From Blastocladiella emersonii ATCC 22665 (taxonomy: Eukaryota > Fungi > Blastocladiomycota): DNA of 64,000 nt. Each line of letters opens with the position of its first letter. Position 1 is the first letter of the stretch. This document shows positions 25,108 to 36,550 of the stretch, piece after piece. The notes beneath the pieces were generated by a model, which had not been told where the DNA came from, made no database searches, and worked only from the letters and a program-made list of their open reading frames with translations. The stretch spans positions 3,844,001-3,908,000 of the forward strand of contig JANHCV010000001.1 of assembly GCA_025594325.1 (NCBI GenBank), in the 5' to 3' direction. Both the position numbers and the translations under genes were made by a program.

Positions 25108-27652
25108 ATGGGCAACACGGACTCGAAGCTGGCGTTCCGCCAGAACCTGTTCCGGCTGGTCCGCGAGGACGTGCCGCGATCCGATCCGGCCAACGCCGCC
25201 TTCTACGCGCAGTTCTGGACCCTGCCGACGTCGCCCGACGACGTGTTCACGCTGCTGCAGCCCATGGACGTGCGCCGCCTGCGCGAGGACCGCCCCACGG
25301 GCTTCGCCGCCCTGTGGCTCGCCGTCGTCGACCGCCTCCTCGAGCTCGTTGCCGACCCCTCGTGGACTGCCCCCGCGCAGTCGCTCGTCTCCGCCATCAC
25401 CACCCGCGGTGGCAGCGCTCGTGCCGCTCCTGCGAGTGGACCCGCCAACGACCCCGCCAAGTGCCTCGCCGCCCTCAACTGCGTGCGCCTGCTCACTCGC
25501 CTGCTGCCGTACCTGTACGAGGCCGAGGCGCCCGACGACGGGTCTGGCGCCGTCGGCAGCCCGCTCGAGATGGCGCTCCTGTACCGCCCCGTCCAGACCA
25601 CCGCCGACGCCGCCGCGCGCGCCGAGGGCAGTGTTGAGGGCGGCGACCCCGCGGCCGTCCCGCTCGCGCACGTCCTGCTCGTCGCTACCGTCAAGCTGCT
25701 GTTCCGCCCCGGTTTCACCACGCCGCTGCGCCCGCCAGCTGACGCCGCGGCTGCGGGACTCCCGCCTGCTGCGGTCGCGGCCGACTCGCTCGCCGAGCAG
25801 GTGTGGGACGCGTCGACGGGCGGCGACGGCGGCGCCGAGTCGGCGGCCAAGGTCGTCACCCCCACCAACATGAACGCGAACCGGACCGAGGTCCTGCGCC
25901 TGCTCCTCGTGCTGCTGTCCAAGGCCATGTTCGTCGCGGGCCCCGCCTCCACCGAACCCGCCGCGGCCTTGACCGCGTCGCTGCCCGCCTCGCCCATGTC
26001 CCCCGCCAGCACGACGACCGCGGGCTCGATGCCGTCGACCCCGATCCCAACCCCGACTACGACCACCTCGACCCCGTCCTCGCTCTCGTTCGGCCAGCGC
26101 AGCCCGCTCACCGCGTACATGACGGGCGCCGACTTCCCTCCGTCCCTCGCGCGCGCGCTCGTGTGCTCGCTGCTCAACACGCTGGTCGCGTGGTCGCCCG
26201 CCGGCTGGATGCCGTACGACTACCTGGTGCTGGCCAGCAGCGGCGACGCGACGCTCGCCACCCTGTGCATCCACGTCCTGTGCGTGCTCCTGACCGCGCC
26301 CGCCGGGGACGAGTCGGCGCCGGGGGCGTGGGGCGCCGCGTCGCCCAACCAGTTTCATCGGCTCATTGCGCAGATGTCGCCCGACAGCGCGATTGCGACG
26401 GCGCCCGCGTTGGTGCGGTTGCTCGCCGGGCGGAGAAGGGGGAACTCGCTACTGCCGGCCGCAACGCCCGCGGTCGTGTTCTTCCACGAGCTCCTGGCTC
26501 TGCTGCTCGTGCTCATGCACTCGAGCGAGGTATGCTGGCCCCGTTTGTCGCTGGAGACGTGATACTGATACGTGCGGGAGTAGGCATTTTACTCGGTCAT
26601 CGACGGGACCGACTTGTGCGATACGCTCGTCGACGAGCTGCTCGACCTGCTCACGCAGTACCAGAACCCGCAGGGTGCGCCCCCCTCCCCGATCACTCTT
26701 GCCACCATCGCTAACCCGCGAGCACCGAGCGAGTGTAGAAGTCAACCTGATCCGCATCGCGCTACAGGTCCTCCTCTCGCTGTCGCTGCGCGAGTGCACG
26801 CGCACCGAGGAGATCATCGCGACGGTCCACGGTCTCATGACGCAGCCCCTCGCACACCTGGCGCCCTTCTACGAGCAGTTCCTGTCTCTCCTCCGCCGGT
26901 GCGCGTACTTCCACCCAATCACCGCGCAGTCCGCCACCCGCCTAGTGCAGCTCGCGAGCGTACTGGGCCAGCCGCGGTACCTGACGCGCGGCGAGCACAA
27001 CCACCGGCTCGCGACGGCGGTCTTCGAGATCCTCGAGTACGCGCTCGCGCTCGAGTCGCGCGAGGTCCTCGACGCCGTCATGTCGCACCCGCGCGAGCTC
27101 GGCGCGTTCCTGTACGTGCAGCTCGCGGACGTCGAGCCGCGCGTCGTCGGCAAGGGCAAGACGCGCCGCCGCGCCGACGCCGCGTGGACGCCCAACGCGG
27201 CGTGGTTCGACGCGTGGCGCGCTGAGCTACACCTGCCGCAGCTCGTCCACGCTGTGGCCTCGATCATCGACGCGCCCGTCGCCACCTCGCTCGAGGATCT
27301 CGGCGCCGTCCTGTCGACGCTCCCCAAGACCCCGCCGAAATCGGTCCTCGCCGTCGGCGCCGCGGGCACGCCCCGCACCCCACCGTCGGCACCGCTCCCG
27401 CCCGCGGTCCGCGCGTGGCTCCCCGGGTTCGTCTGGGGCGCCGCGTTCCTCAGGCATAAGCCGGGGGAGAAGACGCTCGCGCTGTGGCAGGGCACCGCCC
27501 CGCGGCTGTTCAAGGTGCGCGTCGTCACAGCCGCGCAGCAGGCCGCGGCGGCGGGCGCTGTGTCGGCGCCAGCATCGCCCGCGCCGTCGTCGGCTTCCTC
27601 AACTGGGCTAGCACCAGCGACGGTCGGGGAAGGGACAGTGCAGGAAATTTGA
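25108..27652 (+). CDS. HID1: HID1/Ecm30 (Dymeclin-like) Golgi-associated protein
   Basis: MGNTDSKLAF..AFYAQFW..SPDDVFTLL..VRRLRE matches the HID1 N-terminus, with a myristoylation-type MG start. NRTEVLRLLLVLLS and C-terminal WQGTAPRLFKV also match. Introns 26530-26583 and 26675-26738. Confidence 0.88.
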
Positions 27653-27695
27653 TGTCAAACGTAAGATATATCACACACACTACCACACGCCATCA

Positions 27696-30600
27696 TCATT
27701 CCACCGCCGGCTTCGTGGTCGGCAGCAAGAGCTTCGGCGCGCGCAAATCACAATCCGTGATCCCGCGCCGCTTGAGCCGCTTCGCGAGGGCGTCGCGCCA
27801 CTCGTCGTCGTGCGCAGCACACGCGGTCTCTATCGCTGCGCGCACGCGCGCATGGACCGCGGGCGTGCGCCAGAGGGCGGCGACAAAGTTGGTACACGCG
27901 TCGGCGCGGTGTCCGCGGCCGTCGGCGACGGCGGGGACGAGTTCGTCGGCGAGCCAGGGCAGGACCGCGGCGAGGGCCGCGTCGTCGGCGCGGACTGTCA
28001 GCATGCGGTGGGTGACGTGCAGGACGACGGTGGGCGCGTCGAGGAAGTGCGCGCGGAGGACGGCGACGGCGCGCGCGGGTGGGAGGAGGCACGCGAGGAG
28101 GACCTGGATCTCGCCGCGCAGCGTCACGGAGATGAACCCGAGCTCGGCGCGCGAGGGGAGCGGCGCGGCGAGCGCCGAGCCGAGCAGGAACTCGGCCATG
28201 GCATCCGCGATCTGCGCCGCGCTCGACTGCTTGAGCAGCTGCTGCAGGAGCATGAGCGCGCGGAGCGAGCGCATCCCGCCGTCGTCGCTGGTGCCATCGT
28301 CATTCGCGGTATCGCGGTCGGGCTCCGATGAGAGGTGGTGGTGCGCCTCGGCCATCTCAGCGTCCTCGCCGTCCCTACCACCCGCCGCCGCCGCCGCACC
28401 CCGCGTCGGGTCGGCCGCGACCTCGGCCTGCAGCGTGAGCAGCATCGGGTCGACGAGCGTGGTCAGGTCGCCGTGCTCGAGGAACACGAGCATGTCGGTC
28501 ATGGGCGACCGGCGCAGGAGCAGCGCGTCGTACTCGGTGTCGTCGAGCGCGCGCGCGAGCGCCGCCGCGGGACCGTCCACGTCGATCTGCGCGGCGACCT
28601 CGGCCACGATCTGCTCGTACTCGGCGAGGTCCTCCTCCACGTCCTTGATGGGGGCGGGCGACGTGAGCGAGCGCATCGGCGCCGACGGTGGCGGCCTTGG
28701 CGTCGCCTCGACGTCAATCTCGGGATCGACGTTCATCTCCTCGGCGGACGACGACGAGGACGACTTGACCTCAGCAATCGGCTCACCACCCCGCTTCGTC
28801 GCCGCGGGCGCGGGCGACTCGAGCACGGGGTCGGCCGTCCGCGCGCGCTTGCGCAGTGGCGACGGCTCCACACCACCCTCACCCGCCTCCCCCGCCGCCG
28901 CCGCTGCAGATACCTCGGCGAGCATCCGCTTCCGCGCCGAACTCGCCTGGGTCTCGTGGCCGGGCATGGGCGACGCGAAGATAGCGAGCGGGGTGGAGAT
29001 GAGCGAGGGCGACTCGAGGAGCGGGAGGCCCGTCGAGGTGCCCGCGGTACCCGTCGAGGTAGCGGACCGCGGCGTGGCGATCGCCGTCAGCGGGATCGCG
29101 GGCGCCGTGGACCGGCGCGACGCGGGTTCGCGGAACCCGGCGTTGGGCGTCGCGGCGGCCCATGTCGATTGCGGGTGCGGGCGCGGGACGGTGCTCGGGA
29201 GCGCGGCCGAGGCGGAGCGGTTGGCGGCGGTGGTGGTGGAGGAAGCGGGGAGCGGGGTCATGGCGACGGGCGCCGCGGGTTTCGCGGGGGTCGCGGGGAC
29301 GGCGGCGGCTGGTGCGGATACGGGCTCCGGTGCTGGTTCGTGCGCGGGCGCAGGAGCGGGGAGCACGTCAGCGAGGAACGCGAGGAGCTGGTCGCGGTTC
29401 TGGATGTGGTGGAGCGCGCTGGCGACTTCAGGCAGCGCCGGGTCGGCGGCAGAGGCCAGGTGCATTATCTCGGCCACGGCAGGGTGGCACGCCGCGTTCG
29501 CGACGCAGACGTCAAGGGAAACGAGCAGCTCGTCGGTCGCGATCGCGCGCGGGGTGGTCCGGGCCCAGTCTCCGCGGACCATGACGTCGCGGAGGATATC
29601 CAGCAGCAGGGCGCGCGGTGGCCCGTTGACGTCGATGCGGGCGACGGCAGCGACGAGCCCGGCAAGGCTCTCGGGCCGCTCGATCGAGCGCGCAAAGACG
29701 GTGCGTACGGCAGCGATGATCGGGGTACTGACGGCGTACTGCGGGTTGTGCTCAAGCCGCGCGCACTGGGCGAACAGCTGCTCGTACGAGTCGTCGGGGA
29801 TGGCGCCGAGCGCCGCGAGCACCTCGAGGTTCTGCAGCGCCGACGTCAGGGGCTTCGGGTGGGTCGAGGTGAGCCCGTACGCAATGTGCACGTCGAACAT
29901 GGACCGCTCGATCGACGTCACGGGCTTAGTCGACGGCAGCAGCGACGCCATGGCGTCGAAGGCGCGCGACCGCAGCATGAAGTCGGCGGACCGCGCGTCG
30001 CGCAGCAGGTCGTTGACGCCGGGCGCGGCGGCGGCGGCGGCGGCGGCGGTCGAGTCGCGCGAGCTCGTCGACAGGGCCGGGCTGACGACGGCAACGCCGC
30101 CAGACTCGGTGCGGTGCCGCCCGGGAGCAGCGGCGGCGGGCTGGAGGTGCTGGCGCGCAGAGGCGAGATGGGCGGGGCGCGAGGACGCTGCCGGAGCAGC
30201 GGGGGTGGCGGGGACGGTGCGGGTCGCGGGACCGGCGCGGGCCGAGGAGGCCGAGGGCGCAGAGCGCGGTGGGGGCAGGGCAATGGTGATCTCGGGCTCA
30301 GCGGTGCCGGTGCTCGTGTTGCTGTTGGAGCGGCTAAAGGCGGGGCGGATCGGGCGACGCGGAGCGGCCGAGGAGGCACGCGACGAGCCAGCAGCCGACG
30401 AGCTCGAGTTGATGCCGAGTGCCTTGCGGACCTGGGGCGCGAGGGTGTTGGCGAAGAGCTGGCTGCGGTGCGGGAAGGCGGCCATGTAGGCGGAGACGGC
30501 GGCGCGGGCGAGGTCGCGGACCTCCTTGTTGGCGTCCTCGGAGGTGGCCTTGAGGCAGACCTCGAGCGAGTTGACGAGGGCGTCGAGGCGGCTCGAGTCG

Positions 30601-31160
30601 TGGGCGTCGAGCAGGGCGCGGATGCACTCAATGGCGGCGAGCTTGGTGGTTTTGGAGGGGGAGCGGGCGGCCTCGCACACCTTGGGGACGAGGGCCTCGG
30701 GGGCGGCGGTGGGCACGATGGCGAGCAGGGCCGACTTGGCGCGGGCGACGAACACGGACTTGGTGCGGGCGGTGAGCTTGAGCAGCGGGGCGAGGAAGAT
30801 CTCGTCGACGGAGCCCGGGTTGGCGCCGTAGGCACGGGCGAGGGCCTCGACGAGCAGGCACGCCGTGGACATGAGCTTGGTGCGCTCGGTGAGGATGCAG
30901 CGCGAGATGGCGGGCTTGTGCGAGCGCACAAAGGCCTGCAGCGAGTGCGGCGAGTGGGTACCGGCGGCGACGAGGTCGGTGAGGCGGGCGAGCGCCGTGT
31001 CCATCTTGCCCCACGAGTCCTCGGACTCCTTGAGCGCGAGCACGGCGGCGAAGCCCTGCAGCTCGCGCTGGAGCGCCGGGTCCCTCGGGTACTACACTCG
31101 GGCGCGTCAGCGGGTGGGCGCGATGCATGGCACAGTGCGGGTACTTGCGTCGTCTTCCAT
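27696..31160 (-). CDS. STU1: CLASP/Stu1 microtubule-associated HEAT/TOG protein
   Basis: ESEDSWGKMDTAL..ILTERTKLMSTA..LLKLTARTKSVFVARA is a CLASP_N domain, followed by a low-complexity linker and helical C-terminus. The first micro-exon (MEDD) is best joined through a GC-AG intron, 31092-31148. Confidence 0.82.
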
Positions 31161-31498
31161 GGGCGGGTGTGGTGGGGATCAGCGATGGATAGGGCGGTGA
31201 GACGGGCGGCACGGCCAAGTCGGCACGGAACGCGTGGGACTGCCACGTCAAGTTTTCGGCCCACGTGAGCCGTCGCGCTGGCGCGTCGCCGCGCTTCGCC
31301 GGGGTCGGCGTGGCCACCGTGGCCGCCCGCCCCTCCCTTCTCCGCCCCTCCCTTCTCCGCCCCTCCCTTCTCTCTCTCTCCCTTGCTCGCTCACACCATC
31401 GCAACCTGCGAACCCTCCATGGAACTTGCTGGGCCACCCGCTGCCCTCTGACCACGCATCGACCCACCCCAGCAACCCGATCGATCGACTGCGCCACC

Positions 31499-32308
31499 AT
31501 GGTGTGCCGCCTGTTCCTGGTCCTGCCGCTCTTCACGGCCGCGTGCATCGCGCTGCGCCTCTACTCGCTGGCCACGGCCGCTGCGCGCGCCCACACGCCA
31601 TCCTCGCCGTCGGGCTCGTCGCACCCGCAGCGACTCATGCTCGCGCTGTTCGGCCAGCCGCTCTTCTCGTGGGCCGTGGCCGGCGCCGCGAGCCCCGACG
31701 CCGACGACACCACGGGGTCCTACTCGTACGTGTCGTCCAAGGCCAAGGCGCGCCTGCAGCGCCAGAAGATGGAGCGCGAGCAGCAGCAGCAGCAGCAGCA
31801 GCACGAGCAGCAGCAACAGCAGCAGCACTTTTTCCAGCAGCAGCAGCGGAGGCAGCAGCAACAGCAGCACCAGCAGCGCCACTACCAGCAGCACCATCAC
31901 CACGCCGAGGAGCACCACCACCACTCGCAGCAGCAGGGCGGGTTCCATGGCGGCGGCGGCGGCGGGTTCGAGCACCTGTTCGAGGCGCTGTTCGGCGGGG
32001 CCAACGGCGGGTTCCAGTTCTCATTCAACGGCGGCGGCATGCCGTTCGGGGCGGGCGGGTTCGGCGGCGGCGGGCACCGGCCACCGCAGAGCAGCGCCGA
32101 GGAGGACTCGTCGCCGCGCTTCATCCAGAAGGCGCTCAACGCCTTCAAGCTGCCGCAGGACGCGACCCCGGCCGACCTCAAGAAGGTGTACCGCAAGCTC
32201 GCCATCAAGTACCACCCGGACAAGTGCAAGGAGGAAAAGTGCGAGACCAAGATGATCAAGGTCAACCGCTACAAGGAGGCCCTCGAGAAGTGGATGAAGA
32301 ACCGCTGA
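31499..32308 (+). CDS. Class III J-domain protein: hydrophobic N-terminus, polyQ/H tract, G/F-rich segment, C-terminal J domain
   Basis: ATG at 31499; DLKKVYRKLAIKYHPDKC at the extreme C-terminus; intronless. Confidence 0.8.
   Translation: MVCRLFLVLPLFTAACIALRLYSLATAAARAHTPSSPSGSSHPQRLMLALFGQPLFSWAVAGAASPDADDTTGSYSYVSSKAKARLQRQKMEREQQQQQQQHEQQQQQQHFFQQQQRRQQQQQHQQRHYQQHHHHAEEHHHHSQQQGGFHGGGGGGFEHLFEALFGGANGGFQFSFNGGGMPFGAGGFGGGGHRPPQSSAEEDSSPRFIQKALNAFKLPQDATPADLKKVYRKLAIKYHPDKCKEEKCETKMIKVNRYKEALEKWMKNR
31780..31935 (+). repeat. Imperfect CAG/CAC trinucleotide repeat encoding polyGln/His
   Basis: Runs such as cagcagcagcagcagcagcagcacgagcagcagcaacagcagcagcac. Confidence 0.85.
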
Positions 32309-32676
32309 TGATCGCGCTAAACAATACAGACATACACTTTTCTCGTCACTCTCTGATTCTGGCCCAGCACTCGGCGCGTATCGGCTTGTAACGGATGCAT
32401 CACGCGGAGGTGGCCGGCGCGTCGCTGTCGCAGGTTTGACTTTTGCTGCAGCAAGCTCGCCGCCCTCGTCCTCTCCAACGATCCACCCCCCACGCTCGCA
32501 ACGCTGAGCGGACCCACGCTCCCGTCTCTTGCTGCAACGGACGCTCTCGCCCACGGCCCTGCCTTTTCGCCTTTGACTCGCGCGTGCCGTGCGAAAAGGC
32601 AAGCGCCACTCGTGGCCCTCCTCGAAGCGTCGCCTCGCTCGCCTCGCATCGGCATCGCGCCCCGACGCAACCCACC

Positions 32677-34940
32677 ATGTCGGACACCAACCTTGCTGCC
32701 GCGCCGGCCAACGGCAGCCCACGCTCGTCCGTGTCCGCGTCCGACGCCAACGGCAGCACCGCCGACATGTTCGCCGCCGCCTCGGCCTCGTCCATGGCCG
32801 CCGCCGTCAACGTCAACCCGGGACACAACCCGTGGTCGTCGCAGATTGAGGACGACCCGGAACCGCCGCGGACCTCGGCCAAGGGCAAGCAGTGTACGCT
32901 GACCTGCGTTGCCCCGCCCCTCCTCGCCGCCGCCTACTCACTGCGAGCGACCCCTCCGCGTGTAGCGCCCATGGAGGCCTCGGTCGTGTTCCCGTCGCGC
33001 CCGCTCGCCTTCCAGATCGGCCTGCCGCCGTCGCCCGAGCTGCCCGCCACGCGCGCGTTCGCCCGCGACCATCATCTGGGGTCGGGCAGCGGCGCGGGGA
33101 GCGCGCTCGGGTCCTCGGCCAACCTGATGCCGACCTCGCCCGACTCGTCGCTCATGGACGACCCGTGGCAGACCGTGCCCTCGGCCAAGTCGCACCACCA
33201 CATCTCTTCCTCCTCCTCGTCGCGCCCCGCGGCCGCTGCGGCGATTCTGCCCGTCGACGAGTGGACGTCGCACGCCAGCGTGCCCGCCGCGAGCAGTAGT
33301 ACAGGCCAAATCTCGCCGTCGTCCATGGTCGCGCCCATTTGCGACCCGCACTTTCCGCCCGAGCCCGCGCCCTCTATCATGTCCGACGCGACGCTCGTCA
33401 ACCGGCCCGCGCAGTCGCACACTACCCCTGCTGCCGCCGCTGCACCACCACAGCCGCGTCAGCCGCAGCCCGACTCGCACCTGCAGCGGTCTGTGCCGTC
33501 ATCGTCGTCGGGCGCCGCCGAAGACTCGACGATCGGCGCCGACGACGACCTGTCGTGGCTCGCGACCGTCGAGTCGGTTACCGTGACCATTGCGCCCGAG
33601 AAGGGCGGGTCCATCTTCAAGCACGTCAACTACTTTGTCAGCCAGTCGACCTCGGACACGACCGTGACGCGCCGGTACAGCGACTTCCTGTGGCTGCACG
33701 AGTACCTCGGCAAAAAGTACCCGTTCCGCCTCGTCCTGACGCTGCCGCCCAAGAAGGTCAATGGTGCGCTCCTCCTGCCTGCCTCCCTCCCCCGCCATCC
33801 TCCGGCCGTGCTCACTCACCCATACCGCGTCAGCAGCCGACCAGACCTTCCTCGAGCGCCGCCGCCGCGCGCTGCAGCGGTACCTGACGCACCTGGTGCG
33901 CCACCCGGTGTTGGCGGTGGACCCCGTCGTCCGCGCCTTCTTCACGCGGCCCGACGAGCTCGCCGTGTACCGCAAGACCCACACGGTCGACACCACGCCC
34001 GAGGCGCCGCGGCCCAACGGCGGCGAGCGGCTCATCCCGCAGGTCCAGGACTACCTCAACCATCTCGAGGCCCAGCTCGAGCCCACGTTCGCCCGGTACC
34101 AGCGCATCGTCGACCGCATCGAGGCCATCTGCCAGCGCGAGCTCGATATGGCGGCGGACCTCGAGAGTATCGCGGCGACTGTCCAGTACGCTGTCTTTGT
34201 TTCGACGGGAGTGGGCGACGTCTAACCCGCGCTCCTGTAGCGAGATCGGTAACCAGCGCCCGCACTGCTTCAGCAACGGGTGCACGAGCTGCGTGCGGAT
34301 CGCCGACGGGTCGGCGCACGTCGCGTCGCACATGGAGGCGCTGGCCGCGGCGCACAGCTCCTTTGCGAAATCCGCATCCCTCGGATCCGTCGAGGCCATC
34401 AAGGCGTTGCGCGACCAGGCCGCGGCCCTCGAACTGCTGCTCCAGCGCGCCGTGAAATCGGCCATCGCGCACCAGGCGCAGTGCGTCGCGCTCGCCCGCC
34501 GCATCGCCACGACGCAGGACCGCCTCGACACGGGCGCCCCGGCGTTCCGGTCGGCCGCGGACCGCGACCGCGCGCAGGCCCAGGTGGACGCGGACCGCGC
34601 CGCACGCGACGCCGCTGAGCAGGCTATCTGGTTCACGTACCGGTGCCTCGCCGAAGAGCTCCGCGCGTGGCACCGCCAGGGGACCTGGTACGCGCTCGCG
34701 CTGCACCAGGTCGCCGGCGAGCAGAACGGGCTCGCCGGCGCGCTGCGGGCCGTCGCGCAGGCGATGGTCGCGGCGCCGCTGATCCCGGACGCGGCGCTCC
34801 GGCAGCACCAGCAGGTCGCGGCCGCAGCGGCGGCGGCGGGAGCTGCGTCGGCGGCATCGGCTGCATCGGCGGCTGCATCGGCGGCCGCGGCGGCGGGGTC
34901 TAGGAAGGGCAGCACGGCGAGTCTCCTGCGGGGCGGATGA
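32677..34940 (+). CDS. MVP1: Sorting nexin (PX-BAR), Mvp1/SNX8 type
   Basis: APEKGGSIFKHVNY..RRYSDFLWLHEYLGKKYPFRLVLTLPPKK..FLERRRRAL is typical of the Mvp1/SNX8 PX domain, followed by helical BAR-like sequence. Introns 32894-32965 (probable), 33764-33836 and 34186-34240. Confidence 0.88.
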
Positions 34941-34986
34941 TGGGACGAGTTTTGGTTCTAGGAAATACACGCGAGGATGTATTCAC

Positions 34987-36298
34987 TTACTCGCACGCGA
35001 GCTTGGCGTCGAACGAGGACAGACAGATACCGAGGGCCTGCAGCGGGGTCAGCGGGTACTGTGCGTCCATGGAAAAGGTCTCCTCGGCGCGGCCGAACTG
35101 CATGACTATGTAGTCAATGTCGTTGTCGTGCACGACCTGGAAGTTTTTCACCGAGGCCACGGTCACGCGGCCGTTGAAGTTGAGGACGTACGAGTGGGTT
35201 TCTACGCAAGGGGGTTAGTGGGATGCTGGGTGAGGGAAGGGAGGGTCGGCGTACCCTCGTTCCACTGCGGCGTCTTGTTGTGCAGGACGAGCAGGCGCGG
35301 GTCGTTGCCGGCCTTCATGCGGCCGAGCAGGGTCTCGCTCTCCTACAGGGACGGATCGAAAGTGTGAGCGAGACCGGTCGCGGTGAGGAGAGCAAAAGGA
35401 GGGTACCGATGTTGGAATGATGGGGACGCGCTCGCCCTGCATGGTCATGGTCGGGAGCAGGATGGTCATCTTGCGCGGGCCCTTGAACCCGAGGATGTTG
35501 GGTTCCTACAGCAACGGGCGCGCGTCAGCGCAAGCCGGCAGCAGGACACGAAAGAAAACGCACGTAGAGAACAGCGGCGAGCTCCTCGTACCACTTGCGC
35601 TCCTTGGACGACGCGGACCCGGACTTGTCCTTTTTCTGCTTGCCCTGGAGCCAGGACCCGACGCGCACGCCGCTGCCGCCGTCGTTGCGGTGCTCTGCGG
35701 CCTCGGCGGAGAGGAAGGTGGGCAGGTCCTGCTGGACCGCGTCCGACGCCGCCGTCGCAGTGGCAGAAGGCGACGCGACGGGCGCCGTGACGGTAAAGGC
35801 GGTGCCCAAAAAGTTGGACCGGACCTTGCACAGCAGATTGTCAGGCCCCGCGATCTGCAGGCGCTCCGAGTAGACGGCGTAGCACGAGCCCTGGCCCTTG
35901 TTGGCCGTCTTCTTGCGCGCGCTCATGAGGAAGATCTGCTGGTGGCCGTGCTCGAGAAACACCTCGTAGCCCGGCAAGAACTTGCCGACACCGTCGCGGT
36001 GGCGGAAGATGCGGCACTGGATGCGCTCAAACTGCGGGATCGGCGACGTGATGAACTCGACCATCTGGCTGCGGTCCGCCGGGAGGTGCGTCGTGCCCTC
36101 GCCCAGAGCGTGGTCGAACGCCTCCGGGTCATCGCTCGGCAGTGTGACGACGGCCGAGTCCGAGTCGGGCGACGCGGGCGTGTCGCGGCGCGCTCGCGGC
36201 GGTGGCGCAGCAGCGGCGGCGGCAGCGGCAGGCGCGGGCGGCCACGGGCCGACGGGCGGGCCGTCGAGCTGCAGGTCCTCGGCGGGGTCGTTGTTCAT
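34987..36298 (-). CDS. Tubby-family (TULP) protein
   Basis: [66 protein letters not shown] and [10 protein letters not shown]. Introns 35506-35563, 35343-35406 and 35202-35254. Confidence 0.95.
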
Positions 36299-36550
36299 GC
36301 GAGCGGCGGGTCAGTGCACAGAGTGGGTGCGGTGCATTCGACTTTCATTTGGCGGAGAAGGGAGCGCTGAGGCCGAGGCGCGTCGGTCAAGTCTCGGAGG
36401 CGGCGATGCGCGTGGCAGGCCGCTCACCCGACGCTCGCCCGTCGCGCGGAGCTCTCTCTCCGGTCTCCGCTCGCTGCCCGCCGGCCCGCTGCACTTCCCG
36501 GCCGCCCTCCCCCTCCCCCCTCAACCAACGCCCATGCACCACCACCCGCA

